A DNA stretch of 64,000 nt from Lama guanicoe. Lineage: Eukaryota. The DNA lies in the NCBI GenBank assembly GCA_013239625.1, contig MU054400.1, positions 1,347,146-1,411,145 on the forward strand, read 5' to 3'. Under the pieces are notes generated by a model. The model saw nothing but the letters and a program-made list of their open reading frames with translations. It did not search any database and had not been told where the DNA came from. A program made the translations under genes and the position numbers. This document shows, one piece after another, positions 59,716 to 64,000 of this stretch (positions within the stretch are counted from its first letter, which is position 1; every line of letters begins with the position of its first letter).

Positions 59716-62700
59716 TAAAAATCTGCCCTCATAGGACTCACTTTCTGGTCAGGGAAGATGAAGATGGATACTAAACAAAATAAGTAAGTGTTCAATTTGT
59801 CCATGTGAGGGTTTTGGGTCTGACTCCACAGGCCCTTTGGGGAAGAGATGACAGCCTACATGTCACCTCAGGGAAACCGGGACCAAGCCCCTCTGCCCTC
59901 TCCCAGAGTGCCACACTCTTTTCCCTTCCAGCAGTTAGTGTGATGTTCAACCACCGGTTACTTGTGTGGTATCTGTGAGCCCCGTGAGGGCAGCCCTGTG
60001 GCCTCCAATTCCAGGCACCCAGAGCTGAGTCTGGCATAGAACAGGTGCCCTTAATGTGAGAAATGGTTTTAAATACATGTTGAATGAGTGAATGAATGAA
60101 TGACAAAAGCAGGACCTGGGGGAGTAGAGACCCAGGACACGGGGAGGGGGCAATGCCTATCTGCATGGGTCACAGCTTGGAGGGGTGGGAAACAGGGCTT
60201 GGTATCCAGTAAGGGATTAAGCAGAGACCCAGAAGGCAGGCTGAGGCAGCCTGAGTGGCTCAGAGACCACATCCTGAAGTGCCTTTGGTGCCAAGGCCAC
60301 ACAGGCCTAGAAAGGCATAAAGTAGGTGAGGAATATAACCAGATATGCGTTCTAGGGAGAAAGCTGAGTCTGCTGGGGAGAGAGTGATGAGAAAGGCTAA
60401 GGCTGGAGGGGGAACAGCCAGGGAGGGCCCACAGGAAAGAGTCCTCCAGCCTGATCTAGGGCAGGGCCAGGGGGCTGAAGACAGAGTACAGGCTTTGGGG
60501 GTGCACTCAGATTCACCTTCTCCATCTGTTCCCATGGCCCCTGGAGGAACCCCGTGTCACCCTATACACAGCAAACAGGACCCCTGGACACGTAGTCCAG
60601 TGCCTGCCCTCCCAAGGACCCTCACCCCAGGTGACCCTGGGCTCTGGGCTGTCTGGAAAGAGAAGCAGATGGTCAGAGAAGGGGTAGAGGATCCAGGGCG
60701 GGTGGGGAGAGAGGGAAACTAGGGGCGAGCAACTTTGCGTGTTGGAAGGTGGGAGCAAGAGCACAGACTTGCACAATCACAGATGCAGTTTTTCATTTTG
60801 TGTTGCAAAAATTTGCATGAAACTAATTCCCTGCTCAGCAATGCAAAGTCCTTCCCTCCCTCCCTCCTTCCCTCCCTCTCTCCCCACCCTGGTGGGCCCT
60901 GATCCCCCTCACCTCTCATCCATCATAGAGGAGGCATATGTCTTTAAAGGATTGTCCCCTTCCAGTACCAGCCCAGAGTCTGGCTGTGATCCCTGCTGTT
61001 CTGGAGCTGCCTCCTTGATAAGACGGCTGGGATTTCCAAATAGGACTGAGGACCATGTGGCCCCGAGACGGACTCCTTCCCTTCATGTCTCACAGCTCCA
61101 TTCCTGGGCAGCCTGCGACTCCCTGGGGCAGAGGGAGAGGGAAGAAAAGAGGCCCCAACTCCCCGCACCTCCCCCCCCACCGCCAGAAACTCAACGGTGG
61201 TGATTCAGAAGACAGAACGATTAGAGATATGGAGACTGAATGCCAGAGACACCAGTAGAGGCAGCAGGGGAGTCCAAGAGAGAGAAATGAATTAAATTCA
61301 GTTCAACAGACATTTATTAGTACCTACTGTGTGCCAGGCCCAGAGGGAACACTGTGTGCAAAAGCACAGGGGACTCCCAGGTTTTTGGCTTGAGTGACTG
61401 GGAGATGATGGTGCTGTCCACAAAGCTGGGGAGAGGACTGGGGATGGACACTGGCAGTTGAAGTTTCTGCGGGATGGCGGCCAACAGGGGCAAGAATGAG
61501 GAGAACCGAGAAGTTGAGAGAGGGCTGGCTGGCTGGGGAGGGTTGCAGTCCCTGTTCAACAGCTCCCAGGGTCCTCTGCGCCGGCTCAGGCATCAAAATC
61601 TCAGCCCGCCCTGGGCTCTATGAGGGTGCTGGAAGATGATAATACAGATCAGGGAGCAGGGAGAGGGAGTGATGAGAGGGAGGGGAGGAGAGGACGGAGG
61701 CTGAAACCTCCTCATGGCTGGGAGCCATGATTAAAAGACAAAGAGGGCAGGAAGGTATGGCGGCCCCAGAGGTAGAAAGAGAGCCAGGAGTCAGTGTTGT
61801 CTCGGGACCAAAAAGGAGCCTGGTGAGGCTGAGAAAGAACCCTGTGCTTTAGCAGCCAGGAGTGGGAGGAGGCCAGTGGGCCCAAGCTGGTGCTGTGGAG
61901 CTGGCTGTTGTAGCCCCTCCACCAGGGCCTGTGAGGGTGGACCCCCTTCCCAGCCTCCTGGATGTCCCCGGAGCCCTGCGTGGCCCCCGGCGTCTCTCTC
62001 AGCCAGGCGTAGAAGAAGAGGATGCAAAGCTCCCCAGCCTCCAGACTACCATCCCTGAGCCCCTGGTTTCTGGTCTGTCCAGGAGGGTCCCGGGCCTTCC
62101 TTGAGCTTGGGAGCCCGCAGCGGTCAGGGGACCCTGGGGACTCTGGGGGTAATTGAAACCAGGGCTAAGACATTAGAAACCATAACGCCGGCTCCCCGGC
62201 TCCCCCAGGATAGCTCCTGGTTTTCTTCTTGCCAGATCCTCCCTGCTGCTGACAGCTCAGCTCTCTAGGCCCCGACCAGCTGGACCGCTGACCCTCCTCC
62301 CCAAACCAACGAGAAGGGGCCTCCCACCAGAAGGCACCCAAAGCCAGCCCTGGGGGACCTCCTCTCTGTGCTCAGACAACCTCAGTGTACGCGAGGCTAA
62401 CTTCCCCCCACCCCATCAAACATCCCCAGATTCTAATCTTGATCCCTTATTGCAGAAACTATCCTGGGGAGGATTTCTCAACAGTGCGAGAAAAGAGATG
62501 GGAGAAGTGGGCAGAAGTGTCTCTCAACCAGCTGGTGCTTAGTAAGTACGTGAGAAAGAAAGAATGAGGATTAAAGCCAGGGCCCCATGGGGTCCAGGTG
62601 TCGGCTGGGCGGGACCGGAAGCAGGGACGAGACAGGCTGCACACCAGCGTGGCAGCAAGGAGGATGCTCAGATAAGGAATTCTGTGGCCTGGGGTTCATC

Positions 62701-62939
62701 TTCCATCCCTCTCCCTGCTCTGATGCTCTCTCTACTGCAGTCCTCATCTCTGACAAAAAGGACAGGGCGCCTTGTTTCTGTCTGCATGTTTGCCAGCCTG
62801 ATGGGAAGGCCCTCCCCTGGCACAGCTGCCTGATGATTCCAGGATTCCCAAATTCCCTGGCAGTGCTGCTGTGGGAATCTGTCCTCACCTCTGTCTCTCT
62901 CTCTCCTTGGCTCTTCGGAGAGACTGAAGGGATCAGAGA

Positions 62940-63100
62940 GCTACTCCACCACTTACCGGCTTTGTGGCCTCAGGCAAGTGACTTAACGTCTCTGTGCCTC
63001 AATTACCTCAGGAGTGAAATGGGATGGTAATTAATAGTGCCTATTTCCTATGACTGCTGTGAAGATGCAACTAAATGAGGTGATTCAGTCAAGGGAGAAG
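62940..63100. mobile_element. MIR SINE
   Basis: ggcaagtgacttaacgtctctgtgcctcaattacctca...gtgaaatggga core. Confidence 0.65.
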
Positions 63101-64000
63101 CACCAGCCTGGTGGGGACCAGAGCCCCCTTTGGCCTTGGCTTTTTCCCATCAGTGTCTCTGTCTCCTCCTCTGTCTGCCACAGTCTTTCTCTCCATCTCC
63201 CTATCTACATGATTCTCTATCGCTGAGTCTTTGTCTCCCCACCTTTCTCCTGATCCCTTGTCCTCTTCACATGTCTAGCTCTGCCCTCAGCTCCCCTGAC
63301 CGCCCTGTTTGACCCTGTTCCAACCCGTTTTGGCACAACTGGCCCAGGTCAGGTGGGGTGGGGCATCCAGGGAGGTTTTTAATTCAGACACAGAATTCCT
63401 GGCAGCAGGACCACACCTGGGCCCGAACATGAGTGAATCGCTTTGGTGGGAAGAGTGATTGTGTCTGTGTCCTCCCTGGAGGGGCAGGACTGCTGGGGGC
63501 TCGGCCTGGCAGTCTCTTGCCCTGACTGCTCCAAACTCCCCTACACCTGGGCCCAAGCCAGATCCCCCATATCTAGTGCCTGCTTGGAGGTAAGGCCACC
63601 TGCCCGAAAGGGGAAGCCCTCCAGCTCCATGTAGCGTGGCCTACTTGCCCTCAAGACACTCCTCCCACCCTCACCCCAAGTCCTGCTCTGAACTCCCCAT
63701 ACCCCTTCCCGAGCCCTGTAAGGAGACATGCCTCTGTCTTGTAACCTTGATCCATGACTTCGGCAGCCGCATATACTTTGCACCCCCAAACGTGAGCCAC
63801 AGGGACAGGAAACTATGGGAGTTGAAGGGTCTGGGTTCTCCACTGGGACCAATGAGCCCCTTCGTGGGAGGGTGGGGGGGATACAAAAGTTCCAGTGGTC
63901 ATTTCTGTATCACTGTGGATCTGTGAAGGCAGAAAGCATGTGTGAAATAGGTGCTCTGTGAATGTAAACCAAACGAAGGAGGGGCAAACAAAGACCCCAA

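Noticed and set aside
61405..61430. REST/RE1-like site (GGACAGCACC on the minus strand) and CTCF-like words near 55600 and 56250
   Set aside because: Only half-site or weak matches, expected by chance in GC-rich DNA.

Overview
Mammalian genomic DNA, probably camelid (inferred from two tRNA-Ala-derived SINEs). The window holds the complete CNTFR gene (ciliary neurotrophic factor receptor alpha) on the minus strand, about 54.0 kb to 16.6 kb. I traced two non-coding 5' exons and eight coding segments of 85+234+118+167+164+181+169+1 = 1119 nt (372 aa + stop). All introns are GT-AG. The protein has a signal peptide, Ig domain, two FNIII domains with WSDWS and a GPI-type hydrophobic tail. The left end carries a CpG-island promoter and first non-coding exon best explained as ENHO (adropin), whose coding exon would lie just outside the window. 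The rest is intergenic or intronic sequence with old interspersed repeats (L1, L2, MIR, MLT1/LTR16, MER81), decayed tandem arrays, CpG islands and a 66-N gap. Nearly all long ORFs in the track are GC-rich or low-complexity artefacts. I found no convincing wholly new gene system. The most interesting signals are translational and regulatory: an ATG that starts exactly at a splice acceptor so each leader exon supplies its own Kozak context, a uORF in exon 2, an intragenic CpG promoter whose exon would create an overlapping out-of-frame ORF, a stop codon split by an intron with an intronic backup stop, a 54-bp intronic palindrome and ancient periodic arrays.
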